This document shows, piece by piece, positions 7,673 through 16,588 of a stretch of DNA of 20,000 bases. The DNA lies in the IMG/VR virus record IMGVR_UViG_3300006131_000009; one strand, written 5' to 3'. Source of the stretch: an uncultured virus (IMG/VR IMGVR_UViG_3300006131_000009) (Duplodnaviria; Heunggongvirae; Uroviricota; Caudoviricetes). The notes under the pieces are model-generated. The model made no database searches and was not told the DNA's origin. It saw only the letters and a program-made list of their open reading frames with translations. Made by a program: the position numbers and the translations under genes. Positions within the stretch are counted from its first letter, which is position 1, and each line of letters begins with the position of its first letter.

Positions 7673-8040
7673 TCCGCCACCTGCCCTTCCATGGAAAGTG
7701 TGACATTATGCCAAACCGGGACACCACCAATGAAAGAAAATAGGCCCAAAGTGGGATATGTAACGGAAAATATGCCGTTTTCATCTCCGGTCGGTGCCGG
7801 ATAAAGCACCGTAAAAAAGCTGCCGCTGCGAAGCAGTGTCAGTAAATTGGTGATCGTATCGGCAGGGACAAAGTCCCAACTGGCTAAAATGGTTGGCCGG
7901 TAGCCCGTGACATCTTTGACGATTTTTCCGGATGCCATTTGCTTGGAAATTGCCACTTCTACAGCGCCGACTTCGACCGCTTTCACTTTTGGCATTTCTA
8001 CAGTTATAGTGCCGTTTGTTATAGCAATCGTTTGCCTCAT
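7669..8040 (-). CDS. Putative distal tail (Dit-like) protein
   Basis: 123 aa, beta-rich, starts immediately after the TMP stop; position-based call. Confidence 0.6.
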   Translation of the reverse strand: MRQTIAITNGTITVEMPKVKAVEVGAVEVAISKQMASGKIVKDVTGYRPTILASWDFVPADTITNLLTLLRSGSFFTVLYPAPTGDENGIFSVTYPTLGLFSFIGGVPVWHNVTLSMEGQVAE

Positions 8041-10984
8041 TTAATCACCTCTCTGTTTTTTCAAATCTTTTATCGGATCATAAACCACTGATGCAAGTTC
8101 TTTCCCATTTTCTAATACAAGTTTGATTTGTATCGGCGCTTTGGAAGGCTGTCCAGTCTGTGACATAACGCCTGCAATACCGTTGACCATAGCACTCACA
8201 GCTTCCTGCCCCTGGTTTCTGCCGGAGGCAACAGAAAAATCCGACGGAATGGATCGCGTAAGATATGCTTTTGCCTCTTCTGCCGTCAAAACTCGTTCTC
8301 CCTGGTGCAGCTCTGCCATATAGCCATCATACGGAACAAACGGAAGGCCGCCGGCATGGGAACCGTCGACCGTAGGTTCTTCCGGATATGCAGCTGACAA
8401 TAATCTGGAGATTTCATCAGCAATAGATCTCGCTTTGGCATAAATCTCTTGTTCTTTGGAAGATAATCCATCCAACAGCCCTTGCCCTGTCTTTTCACCA
8501 CTGGTAAAGGCCGTATCTTTCATTGTATCAAGCGAATTGCCTAATTTTTCATTGTACTCTTCTTCCAGAGTCTTAAGTTCATTGGCATAAAACCTAGCCG
8601 AGATTTCCTGTGCAGTTTTTTGCTTTTCTTCCCAAAGGCCATTGTACTTTTCAAAGTCTTCATCAGACATCTCCAAGAGCTTTTTGCCAAATGCCGTAGC
8701 CTCATCAACGTCCATTGAAAGAATTTCCTGGAGTATTCCGTCACTGACGCCCTTCTCTTTCAGCATATCCAGGACATCGCTGTATTCCTCGATAGCGTCT
8801 GTCTGCTCCTGCAGATCTCCTAATGTGACGCTACCGTCGTCTTCAATTTTGAACAGGTCGCCATAGTCTGACATTTTATCAGCCATGTCCTCCTGTTTAT
8901 CCTTAACGGCATTCAGTCTGTCCTCCAGTGTATCAATCAGCTCATCAGTCTGCTTCTCCCAGAGCTCATTTTCTTCATCTGACAGCTGTTTATCGTATTT
9001 GAATATTTCCTCTGTGATCTTCCGGTATTCGTCCAGATTTGAGTCATCTGTCAGATATTTATCGCGGTACTCTTGCAGCTTTTCATAATATTCTTTATCA
9101 CTCAGCAGGTCCATATTGCGCTGATGGTCCAAGTCCTTTTGGAGCTTCTTAAAGGTTTCGGCGTCCTTTTGAGCCTGGGTCGTCATTGCTTTGGAGGCAC
9201 CAGCGGCGGCAGACACTACCGGCGGATAATTGCCCAGCTGGTTTATCGTTTGCTCCAACACCGCTTTTTGCGCTCGCATTGCTGCAATCTCTTCTGTACT
9301 GGCACCTGCAAATACCGCTTTAGCTTCTGCTGCACCTATATATGAATTAGCTGCCATAGCAGCCTCATATGCTTCTTCCCGCAAGGTCAGCTGTGCCTCT
9401 TCGCTTGCTATCTTGGCATTGAGGGTGGCAATCTGCTCTTCAATTTTGGATTTTGCCAAATTCACATAGGCTCGCTGGTCAATGGTCACAGCTCCGGACT
9501 CTTCGTCAATAGCCAGAGCCGCCGCATATCCGGCGTCAATCAGTTGTAGCGTTGTGTCAAGACTGAGTGAACCGTTAGACTCCTGCTCTTTCAGTGCGCT
9601 GGACAGCATATCATTAGCTTTGGTAAGACTTTTGGTCTGTTCCTCCAGCTCTTTCTGGGCCTTTTCCAAAGCTTCAGCACTGTTTGCAACTTGTTCCGCT
9701 TGTTCAGAGTTGCTTTCCATGCTATTAGTTGATGTATCAAACGCTTCAATTATCTCATCTACTATCTCTTTCGCAGAGTCCATTTCTGCCTTTGCTGCTG
9801 CAACGGTTTCATTGGATTCATCTAATGCTTTTTGATACTTATCAACTGATTTGCTGGCTTCAAAAATTTCTAATTCATATTCAGAGATAGCATCTCCTAG
9901 CTCATAGTATTCATCTGCAACGGCACGTCCTTCTGCTTGAGCCTGCTCGTATAGCTCATTGCGTCGCTCAATGGCCGCATCCAATCCTTTTTCAGCTGCT
10001 TCTCTTTTCTGTTTTGCCTCTGTCAGCTTGATCTCATTTTCTGCCGCATCCTGCAAGGCCTCTCCATACTTCTCATACAACGTATTAAGATAATTCTGAT
10101 ACGCCTGCTGCTTTGCATTTTCTACCCATGCCGCAGTATTTTTCTCCAAGGCTTCGGTGCCACCATTGATCTTATCAGTCTGCAGGTCGATTTGATCCGC
10201 AAGCTCCGGAATAGTCCTTGTGAGCAGTACTAATGTATTGTGATATTCTTTCTGCTGCTCATCCGTTTTCAGACCTGTCGCTTCCAGTTCTTTCAGCTTA
10301 TCAATGTACTGCTCTGCTACGGCTGCGGTTGCCAGAGTTTTAGTTTGAGACTCCTCCAGTGTCTCTTGAGCTTTTTTTAATTCATCGTTAAAATCTTCTT
10401 GCGCACCTTTGGCTAATTTGCTTGAAGCAATCCAAGAAATGAGTGCCGCCGCTGCACTGCCTAACACAGAAATCAGTGCTGTAATGCCATTAGACTTAAT
10501 TGCTGCATTGAGGGCCAGCTGCCCAGTAGTCGCGCCGGCTTGTGCAGCTTTTAGTGAGAACAATGCCTTGATAGCACCGCCTAATGCATTTGTAAATCCA
10601 CCTGTAAGTTTCAGCGACGGTCCAAGTGCTGCCAAAAACAAGCCAACCTGTACAACAGCTTTTCTTGTTCCCTCGTCTAAATCCGTAAAAGACTGAATCA
10701 GCTTTCCAAGATTTTGAATAATTGGCGTCACGATTGGCAACAGCTCGCTGCCAAGGGTTGCCGCCGCCTCTTTTAAGGACTCCTGCAGAATGCGAAGCTG
10801 ATTTGCTGTGCCATCTGACGTCCGGGCAAAATCGCCTTGAGCATTGGCGGTCATCTCCATAACATACTGATACCGCAGCGCCACTTTTTCCGCCTGGTCC
10901 ATTTGAGAATAGGTTTCTTTGAAGCCTTGAGACATCGCATAGTTGCTCAAATTTGTCTCGGTCATTACGACTCCAAGATTCTTT
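8041..10984 (-). CDS. Tail tape measure protein, exon 2 (spliced product 1299 aa)
   Basis: In frame with exon 1 after intron removal (L-KNLGVVMTETNL); EKVALRYQYVM..T.NAQGDFART; hydrophobic segments; long coiled coil; C-terminal GSHAGGL..VPYDGY.AELH.GERVLT. Confidence 0.92.
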
Positions 10985-11286
10985 CAATTATGTACCCTCG
11001 GTTTCCCGATATTTATTAGGGGTTTAGACTATATCTTCCTCTCAAAGAGAGGTCTGGCGCTTCGGACAGTGCTAATCTCTGCCCTACTTCCTTTCGGAAT
11101 AGTCTTTACACCTTCCGGTCAAAGACCGGCTTGGCACGGTATTCTCATAGTTTGTCTTTCACTTATGAAACAACTAACTTTAGAGTCCACCGTTAGCAAC
11201 TATACAATTTGCATAGCCACACCGCTTTTGCTTGCGTTCACCAGATTGTTTTTGCTACAGCTCACGCTATAGCCGCCCAAAGATTC
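10985..11286 (-). ncRNA. Group I self-splicing intron (IA-type core, ORF-less, 302 nt) in the tape measure gene
   Basis: 5' exon ends in U (GCCU pairs with GGGC, U-G wobble = P1); intron ends in G. P2 GCTATAGC-GTGA-GCTGTAGC; P3 TCTGGTG/CGCCAGA; P4 CGGTG/TACCG (AATACCGTGCCAAG); P6a CCGGTC-TTT-GACCGG; P7 GACTA/TAGTC with J8/7 AAGATATAGTC; P7.1 TTCC-GAAA-GGAA; P7.2 GGGCAG/CTGTCC; P8 CCTCTC-TTT-GAGAGG; P9 TCGG-GAAA-CCGA; P10 TCTTT/AAAGA. Excision restores the reading frame. Confidence 0.93.
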
Positions 11287-12242
11287 AGGCTTTCAGTTTC
11301 GCCGGTAAAAATTGATTTTAGAGCCGTATTAGCTGTCTCTATGGAGATATTCTTAAAAGATGCCAGATCAGCAGCCAAGCTCACCAGTGACTTTGACATC
11401 TCCGCTGCTTTTTCATCGGTAAAGCCCATTGCTGTCGCCATATCGCCATACAAGGCGGCCATATCCAAGGCTGTACCCTTTGCCAGACCTAAAGATGTCA
11501 ACGTCGTATCTGACCACTGCTTAATTATATTTGCGGAATCTCCAAAGGCCACCTCGACCTTGTTGAGCGCCTCGTCGGTATTGCTGGCATAGGAAACGGC
11601 GGCAGTTCCAGCCGCAGTTAGAGGAGCTGTAAGTCCCACTGACAGCTTATTTCCCACGCTATTCAGATTGTCTGCTGCAGCAGAAAACTCTTTGAATCTG
11701 CTCTTGGCCTCTACCAACGCTTTATTAGTCTTTTCAATGCTGGACGTTAAATCATTCACATCACGTTCAGCACGATTGACTTTTGTCTGCCATTCCTCCA
11801 CACCACGAGCCGCCGCGTCCTGATAAGATTTCGCCTGGGCCTGTGCTTTTTTATACTCTTCCAGCTCCTGCGTCAGCTTCTTCTGCTCCTCCACCGTATC
11901 GCCGGTAGAATCTTTCAGTGCAGCCAGTTTTCGTTCTGCCTCTGAAACCTTTGCACTATATGAAGCATAAGAGTCCGCGTGCTGTTTCTGTGCTTTTTGT
12001 GCATTTTCCAGGGCCAGCTTCAGCTCTTTAAGTTTTTCTCGCTCTTTGTCCTGTATCTTCAAAAGAGCGTCTTGTTTTGCACGCAATGCCTCAACAGAGT
12101 TAGCATCATCCTGATACTGGCTTTCTACTTTTTGAAGTTCGGACTGCAGAGTTTTCAAGGATGAATTGATGTCGGCAATCGAGCGTTTATACTCTTGTTC
12201 TCCCTCAATGGCTAATTTTGTTGAAATTGTCCTTACTGCCAT
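11287..12242 (-). CDS. Tail tape measure protein, exon 1 (codons 1-319)
   Basis: MAVRTISTKLAIEGEQEYK start with SD AAGGAGG; coiled coil; LSVGLTAPL..AG and LAADLASF.N motifs; ends …IFTGETES-CT at the 5' splice site. Confidence 0.9.
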
Positions 12243-12388
12243 TGCTCCGGTCCCTCCTTTCTGATCTCTCGGTTTTTCAGCTCCAAAATATCAAATACAA
12301 TACCTGGTGCCAGCCACAGCGTCTCTGCTGCAGTCAAACCAAGTTTGATTCCGAGATTCAAATACTCGCTCTTTTTCAAACGCTCGTT
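12233..12388 (-). CDS. -1 frameshift extension of the tail assembly chaperone (gpT-like part of a ~177-aa gpGT product)
   Basis: The -1 frame after A9 (12387-12395) is open for 51 codons (NERLKKSEYLNLGIKLGLTAAETLWLAPGIVFDILELKNREIRKEGPEQWQ*), fills the gap to TMP and overlaps its start. Confidence 0.75.
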   Translation of the reverse strand, partial: NERLKKSEYLNLGIKLGLTAAETLWLAPGIVFDILELKNREIRKEGPEQWQ

Positions 12389-12765
12389 TTTTTTTGACTC
12401 AATTCCAACAAGACTAGGTCTACATCTTCGTCCGATTCTATTTCTCTGCCGTAGCCTGCCATGATTGCCTGCATTACAGCAGTACGCATCCCGATCACAT
12501 CTAACGGCCTCGCTACCGCTCTGATTTTTTCCAGTGTTGGAATCGGCTGCTTCTCATATCCAAGCGCCCGTCTTGCCAGCTCTCCCTGTTCTGCCAGAAT
12601 TGCCGTAGCTTTGCAAAGCAACTCAAAAGAGTTTTTCCCAACTGTCTGTACCGATTCCATCAAATGGCTGGCACCACTAAATTGTTCGTCAAACTCAAAC
12701 ATTGCAAAGCCATTAAAGACAAGATAGTACGCTGTGCCATCCAATTTGTACTCAATCGCTTTCAA
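12376..12765 (-). CDS. Tail assembly chaperone (lambda gpG-like)
   Basis: 129 aa between MTP and TMP; TTG start with SD AGGAGG; ends in an A9 slippery run (CAA AAA AAA ACG). Confidence 0.8.
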   Translation of the reverse strand: MKAIEYKLDGTAYYLVFNGFAMFEFDEQFSGASHLMESVQTVGKNSFELLCKATAILAEQGELARRALGYEKQPIPTLEKIRAVARPLDVIGMRTAVMQAIMAGYGREIESDEDVDLVLLELSQKKTSV

Positions 12766-12782
12766 GGAAACCTCCTAAACTA

Positions 12783-12804
12783 AAGAGGGCGTTTCCGCCC
12801 TCTT
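12783..12804 (-). terminator. Stem-loop after the major tail gene (probable weak/attenuating intrinsic terminator or mRNA stabiliser)
   Basis: Minus strand AAGAGGGCG-GAAA-CGCCCTCTT, a perfect 9-bp stem, right after the MTP stop and followed by an imperfect U tract (TAGTTT). Confidence 0.65.
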
Positions 12805-12805
12805 C

Positions 12806-13384
12806 TTAAGATGCATTTGTCGTTTTCCCTAGTTTTGTCTCACACCAAGTAACGGCAGCACTTTCTGTCTCCAGGATCTCGGTCTGCATCCATACCTCGC
12901 TGTTGCATTTCATAACAGTAAACGTGGTGCTGGCCGTCTGGAAACTGATAGAGCTACCTCGTGTAGAGGCATTGTCATTGCCCATCGCCGCCTGGACCTT
13001 GGGGAAGTAATATCCCTTATAGTAGGCCGTCCCAGTCTTATCCCGCATAGGGACGTAATATGTCAAGCCGCCATTAGGAGCCACATCCCCGGCAGAATAT
13101 GTCACGAGACCTTCTGCCGACGTTGCGCCGAAAATAACCGTCGCCACTTCATCGTCAAGGCCGTCTGTCTCCAGGGACAGAGAGCCGTTGGAAAAGTCCG
13201 TGACTTTAATATTCAGCGCATCGTCAGAGTACAACTCTCCGCTGGCCTGATTCACGGTCAAGTTGCCGGTAATCGCCTCGCCAATCGTCACGATCTCTGT
13301 GTCATAAGTCGGCAGAGCGTTGGCTGGCTCTGTTTTGATAACTGCAAATTTAGGCAGTTTCATGCCTGTTTTTACCTTGCTCAT
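12806..13384 (-). CDS. Major tail (tube) protein, phi13-family-like
   Basis: 192 aa; LYSDD, F..GSLSL….LD, YY.GYYFPKV, TRG.SISFQT; SD GGAGG upstream; lies before the chaperone and TMP genes. Confidence 0.85.
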   Translation of the reverse strand: MSKVKTGMKLPKFAVIKTEPANALPTYDTEIVTIGEAITGNLTVNQASGELYSDDALNIKVTDFSNGSLSLETDGLDDEVATVIFGATSAEGLVTYSAGDVAPNGGLTYYVPMRDKTGTAYYKGYYFPKVQAAMGNDNASTRGSSISFQTASTTFTVMKCNSEVWMQTEILETESAAVTWCETKLGKTTNAS

Positions 13385-13397
13385 TTAAGTACCTCCG

Positions 13398-13814
13398 TTA
13401 TAATTTTTTTGATGCCAGATAGCTGGCGTATACCTTGGCAGCTGCATCTACTGCCTCGTCTGCGCACGTCTCATTTGCCGTTTTGATAAAGGGACGTGCT
13501 TTTTGATTGGTTTTTCCAAATTCGTTGATAAAGGCAACTTCTGCATTTCTGATCCCTTTGGAATTAACTCCACGGGGATAGACGTAGAGAGCACGACCGC
13601 CGTTTGCTGTTTTTTTCAGTTTCCCATGCGAAATAGAGTCTAATGTGACGCCCGTGCGATGCACGCCCATTGCAAGGCCCGTCTGCTTCTGTGCTTTTTC
13701 CACGACAGCCGCCTCTGCAAGCAGCAACTGTTCTACCGTGTCGTCCGATAAGGCGGAAATCTCATGCAGCCCCGCCATAAGCTCTTCGATCCCGCTGAAG
13801 TCAAAGCTAGCCAT
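13398..13814 (-). CDS. HK97 gp10-like tail/neck component
   Basis: 138 aa; SGIEEL, TG.TLDSI, A..NEFG.T.Q.ARPFI motif typical of the gp10 family. Confidence 0.8.
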   Translation of the reverse strand: MASFDFSGIEELMAGLHEISALSDDTVEQLLLAEAAVVEKAQKQTGLAMGVHRTGVTLDSISHGKLKKTANGGRALYVYPRGVNSKGIRNAEVAFINEFGKTNQKARPFIKTANETCADEAVDAAAKVYASYLASKKL

Positions 13815-14175
13815 CTTGGTCTACTCCCTCGACAAATTCAAACTCAAAAACGTAATGCTGCGAAACTTCATCAGAAGCGTTTGTCACATCCGGGAAAGTA
13901 CAGCCCGCCTCAAACAATGCCTGTCGTATCTTCCTCTTCTTTCCCAGCGGATTGACAGCAGCGCCCTTTTTATCCGTCCAGGGCAAAAACCAATGAAGCT
14001 GGCCGAGATACCGTATAGACGCCGGAGCATCGTCGCCAAAGCAGGCCGGCAGCTCGGAATACTGAAATGTACAGTACTCTGAAGCTGCCGGCTTCCCTTG
14101 CGGCTTGTATAGATCAGGAACACAGATCGGCACCAGCGGTAAAATAGCTGTCCGTATCACTTGATTTAGGCTCAT
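13807..14175 (-). CDS. Putative tail completion/terminator protein
   Basis: 122 aa in the neck module; Y.TF.Y…FGDD…QLH.F and HYVFEFE patterns; position-based call. Confidence 0.65.
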   Translation of the reverse strand: MSLNQVIRTAILPLVPICVPDLYKPQGKPAASEYCTFQYSELPACFGDDAPASIRYLGQLHWFLPWTDKKGAAVNPLGKKRKIRQALFEAGCTFPDVTNASDEVSQHYVFEFEFVEGVDQDG

Positions 14176-14176
14176 G

Positions 14177-14515
14177 TCAGTCCTCCACGCTCAACTTCTC
14201 GCACCAAATCTCAATGTACTCGTGGCTGTCGTTGTAGTCATTGAGATAGAGTATTTCATACAGATCCTGCCGATACCGAACAATCATCCGCCGGTCCAGA
14301 GGCTTCTTTGTAAAGCGAATCAGAAACCGTGCTTTGATCTCCGAAAAATCTGTGTCGGCCTTTTGTATCTCTGTACCGCTTGTCCGGCTGAATTTTGCGC
14401 GGCACCGATGCACGACTGTCTCGATACATTTAACGCCATAGCCGTCCTGATCCGGGACCGTTTCCCGCTTCAGAATCTCAATTTTCTGTTTCAGCTCTCC
14501 GGGATTCACATTCAT
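14177..14515 (-). CDS. Head-tail adaptor / head closure protein (SPP1 gp16-like)
   Basis: 112 aa; MN.GEL...I.I, D.DGY, RFLIRF, M.V.Y….YEI; ATGA overlap with the connector gene. Confidence 0.85.
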   Translation of the reverse strand: MNVNPGELKQKIEILKRETVPDQDGYGVKCIETVVHRCRAKFSRTSGTEIQKADTDFSEIKARFLIRFTKKPLDRRMIVRYRQDLYEILYLNDYNDSHEYIEIWCEKLSVED

Positions 14516-14793
14516 ACCAGATTCCTCACATGAAGCCCCAAAATGCTCTCTACGACGCGGTTGACTGCCGTGTTCTCTACAGCAAGCGTGCGGTTGTCAA
14601 ACATATCCTGGCAGAGTACCAGATAGGCGATGGAAAAGTCCTCGTAATCATCCAGGTCGGAAATACCCGTATAGCTCAAAATAAACTTTTTCGCTGCATC
14701 CATAACGGCCTGCAGCAGACTGCTGTCATAGTCGCCTTCCTCCAGCCGCAGGTAGTTTGCCACATCTGTCTGCTGGATCTCACTGATCTTCAA
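14512..14793 (-). CDS. Head-tail connector (HK97 gp6 / SPP1 gp15-like)
   Basis: 93 aa, TTG start with SD GAAAGGAG; V.NYLRL…D..LL….AAK.FI..YTG, DMFDNR; follows the capsid gene. Confidence 0.85.
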   Translation of the reverse strand: MKISEIQQTDVANYLRLEEGDYDSSLLQAVMDAAKKFILSYTGISDLDDYEDFSIAYLVLCQDMFDNRTLAVENTAVNRVVESILGLHVRNLV

Positions 14794-14822
14794 ATGCGCA
14801 CGCTCCTTTCCGGCTTGTATTA

Positions 14823-15971
14823 TTAGGATGCTGCCTTCTGCACCAGCACAGCCAGCTTCTGATTGTCAGTTACCTTGCTGTCAAACTCAAACCAGGAAAC
14901 GACGCCAATCGCGTGCATAGTCGAGTATTTCTCGCGCAAAACCTCTACAGAGATGTTCTCCCGCATATTGACAGAAAGGCCGGAATAATCGCCGTAGAGC
15001 ACCGTCTTTGCACCTGCTGCCAGCGTCGGCATATTGTCAGAGAGATAGACAGGCTTTCCCAGCAGCCGGTACGGAAATTCTCCAGTGATGTCATCCTGGA
15101 GCAAATAACGGTTATTGCTGTCCTTCAGCTTTTTAATGGCCACAAAGGTATCAGGATGCATAGTCCAACAAGCATTGGCCTGGTAGACCTGCTTAACTTT
15201 AGACTGCAGATCGATGAGCTCATCTGCTGTAATAGCCGCTGCGCCAGCAGCAGTCAGGCTCGTAGTAGTGTCCAATGCGCCGGTCGCCTTATTGGCAGTA
15301 CCGACAAGCAGCTCTTTTTCCAGGAAGGAGGCGATCTCCTCTGCCATCTGATTGACAATAAAATTCACCACAGAGAAAGTACCGTTGTTCTCCACACTCT
15401 TGCCGATCAGTGTCAGAGCGCCTGCCAGATAACCGGACAGGTCTACAGAAGTAAACTTGCCTGCATCGGCTGTGATTTCTGTAAATTCGTTCTGATAGCC
15501 CACAGTGATGTCATGGGTATTGTTGGCCTTGCCCCAAACCGGCACCTTCAGCGTACCTTTGACATTATAAATCGTCGCCTTTGCCAAAATCGGGCAGCGG
15601 TCCTTGACGGCCTTGATAATGCGATTGGCAATGGACGTCGGGATAATAGCGCCGTTGTTGGCCATTGTCATATTCTGTTCGCCGGCACGCAGCTCCGATA
15701 CCTTACCCAGAATAAAGTTTGCAAAGTCGGCCTCTTCCTGAATTGCCCGCTCTTCGGCTGCGTCAGGGATCGCCTTCTTTTCTACATTCCTGGCCCGCTC
15801 TTCTCTTGCGACGGTCTCATCGATTGCCTTGATTTCCCGCTCTGCCGCGTCAAACTTGGCGACCTCTTCTTCCGTCATTGCTCTTGTCTCCTGATCTGCA
15901 GTGCTGACCAGCTCGTCCATAGACTGCTGCAGCTCCGCTCTTTTTTCCATCAGTGCTTTCAAATTCGTCAT
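14823..15971 (-). CDS. Major capsid protein, HK97 fold with N-terminal coiled-coil delta (scaffold) domain
   Basis: 382 aa; charged helical first ~95 aa, then NGAIIPTSIANRII, LKDSNNRYL, LLGKPVY.SD.MP, YGDYS. Confidence 0.95.
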   Translation of the reverse strand: MTNLKALMEKRAELQQSMDELVSTADQETRAMTEEEVAKFDAAEREIKAIDETVAREERARNVEKKAIPDAAEERAIQEEADFANFILGKVSELRAGEQNMTMANNGAIIPTSIANRIIKAVKDRCPILAKATIYNVKGTLKVPVWGKANNTHDITVGYQNEFTEITADAGKFTSVDLSGYLAGALTLIGKSVENNGTFSVVNFIVNQMAEEIASFLEKELLVGTANKATGALDTTTSLTAAGAAAITADELIDLQSKVKQVYQANACWTMHPDTFVAIKKLKDSNNRYLLQDDITGEFPYRLLGKPVYLSDNMPTLAAGAKTVLYGDYSGLSVNMRENISVEVLREKYSTMHAIGVVSWFEFDSKVTDNQKLAVLVQKAAS

Positions 15972-15991
15972 TGTATTTCTCCCTTCAATCT

Positions 15992-16588
15992 CTACTTTTT
16001 AATGGCTTCTACCCGGCTCCTAAAGGCCGAGTTATCAAAAAACGGAGCGCAGGGCGTCTCCGGCTCTGCCTCCGTAATTTGCGGGGTCTCTTCATTTGCT
16101 CTTGTCTCGATGTCTACCTCTTCATCCGCTCGCAGTTCCACCGACGTTGCCGAATAGCACGGCAGCTTTTTGACAACCAAGGTGATGTGGTCCAGGTCTA
16201 ATTCCTGAATCTTGCGCAGCGGCAGCTCCCCTGCTCGCTCTTCCAAGGTGTCAACTACGTTTCGCATACCAAAGGACAAGCCTCTGATTTTTCCGGCCCG
16301 TGCTTCTTCAATCGTCTGCTGGTCTGTGACGGTCGCGTCATAATGCAGGCCAATAGAGTCCTCATACAGGCTCAAGCTCCCAGAGCGCGTCTCTGCCAGC
16401 ACTAAATCCGGCTCGTGATCTTTGGTCAATGTCACATTGTCTGCCCGCTCCAGCGCCCGCTCAAAGGCCCTAGGCTCGATCTCTTCAACGACTTTGCCAT
16501 GTGGCGTGATGACCGGCCTGCTTTTTCTTTCCACTACATTTGCATAACCGGAAATATGAGCGCCGTCAGCTCTGATTTCTATTTTCAT
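15992..16588 (-). CDS. HK97-family prohead (maturation) protease (probable start ATG 16588, 198 aa)
   Basis: ISGYA, E.IEP.AF, DH (His), GLSFGM (catalytic Ser), P.Y.ATSVE.R; SD AAAGGAGGTG 6 nt before ATG 16588; lies between portal and capsid. Confidence 0.92.
   Translation of the reverse strand: MKIEIRADGAHISGYANVVERKSRPVITPHGKVVEEIEPRAFERALERADNVTLTKDHEPDLVLAETRSGSLSLYEDSIGLHYDATVTDQQTIEEARAGKIRGLSFGMRNVVDTLEERAGELPLRKIQELDLDHITLVVKKLPCYSATSVELRADEEVDIETRANEETPQITEAEPETPCAPFFDNSAFRSRVEAIKK

Noticed and set aside
10975..11286. IS/MITE insertion with a 7-bp target-site duplication (GAATCTT)
   Set aside because: No terminal inverted repeats or transposase; the ribozyme structure, including P1/P10 pairing with both exons, explains the insert better.
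8041..12242. TMP as a frameshifted pseudogene or as two independent genes
   Set aside because: The intervening sequence has a full group I core, and precise U|…G| excision restores the frame.
14913..16157. 414-aa plus-strand ORF
   Set aside because: Antisense shadow of the capsid and protease genes with no recognisable motifs. The other plus-strand ORFs in the track are rejected for the same reason.
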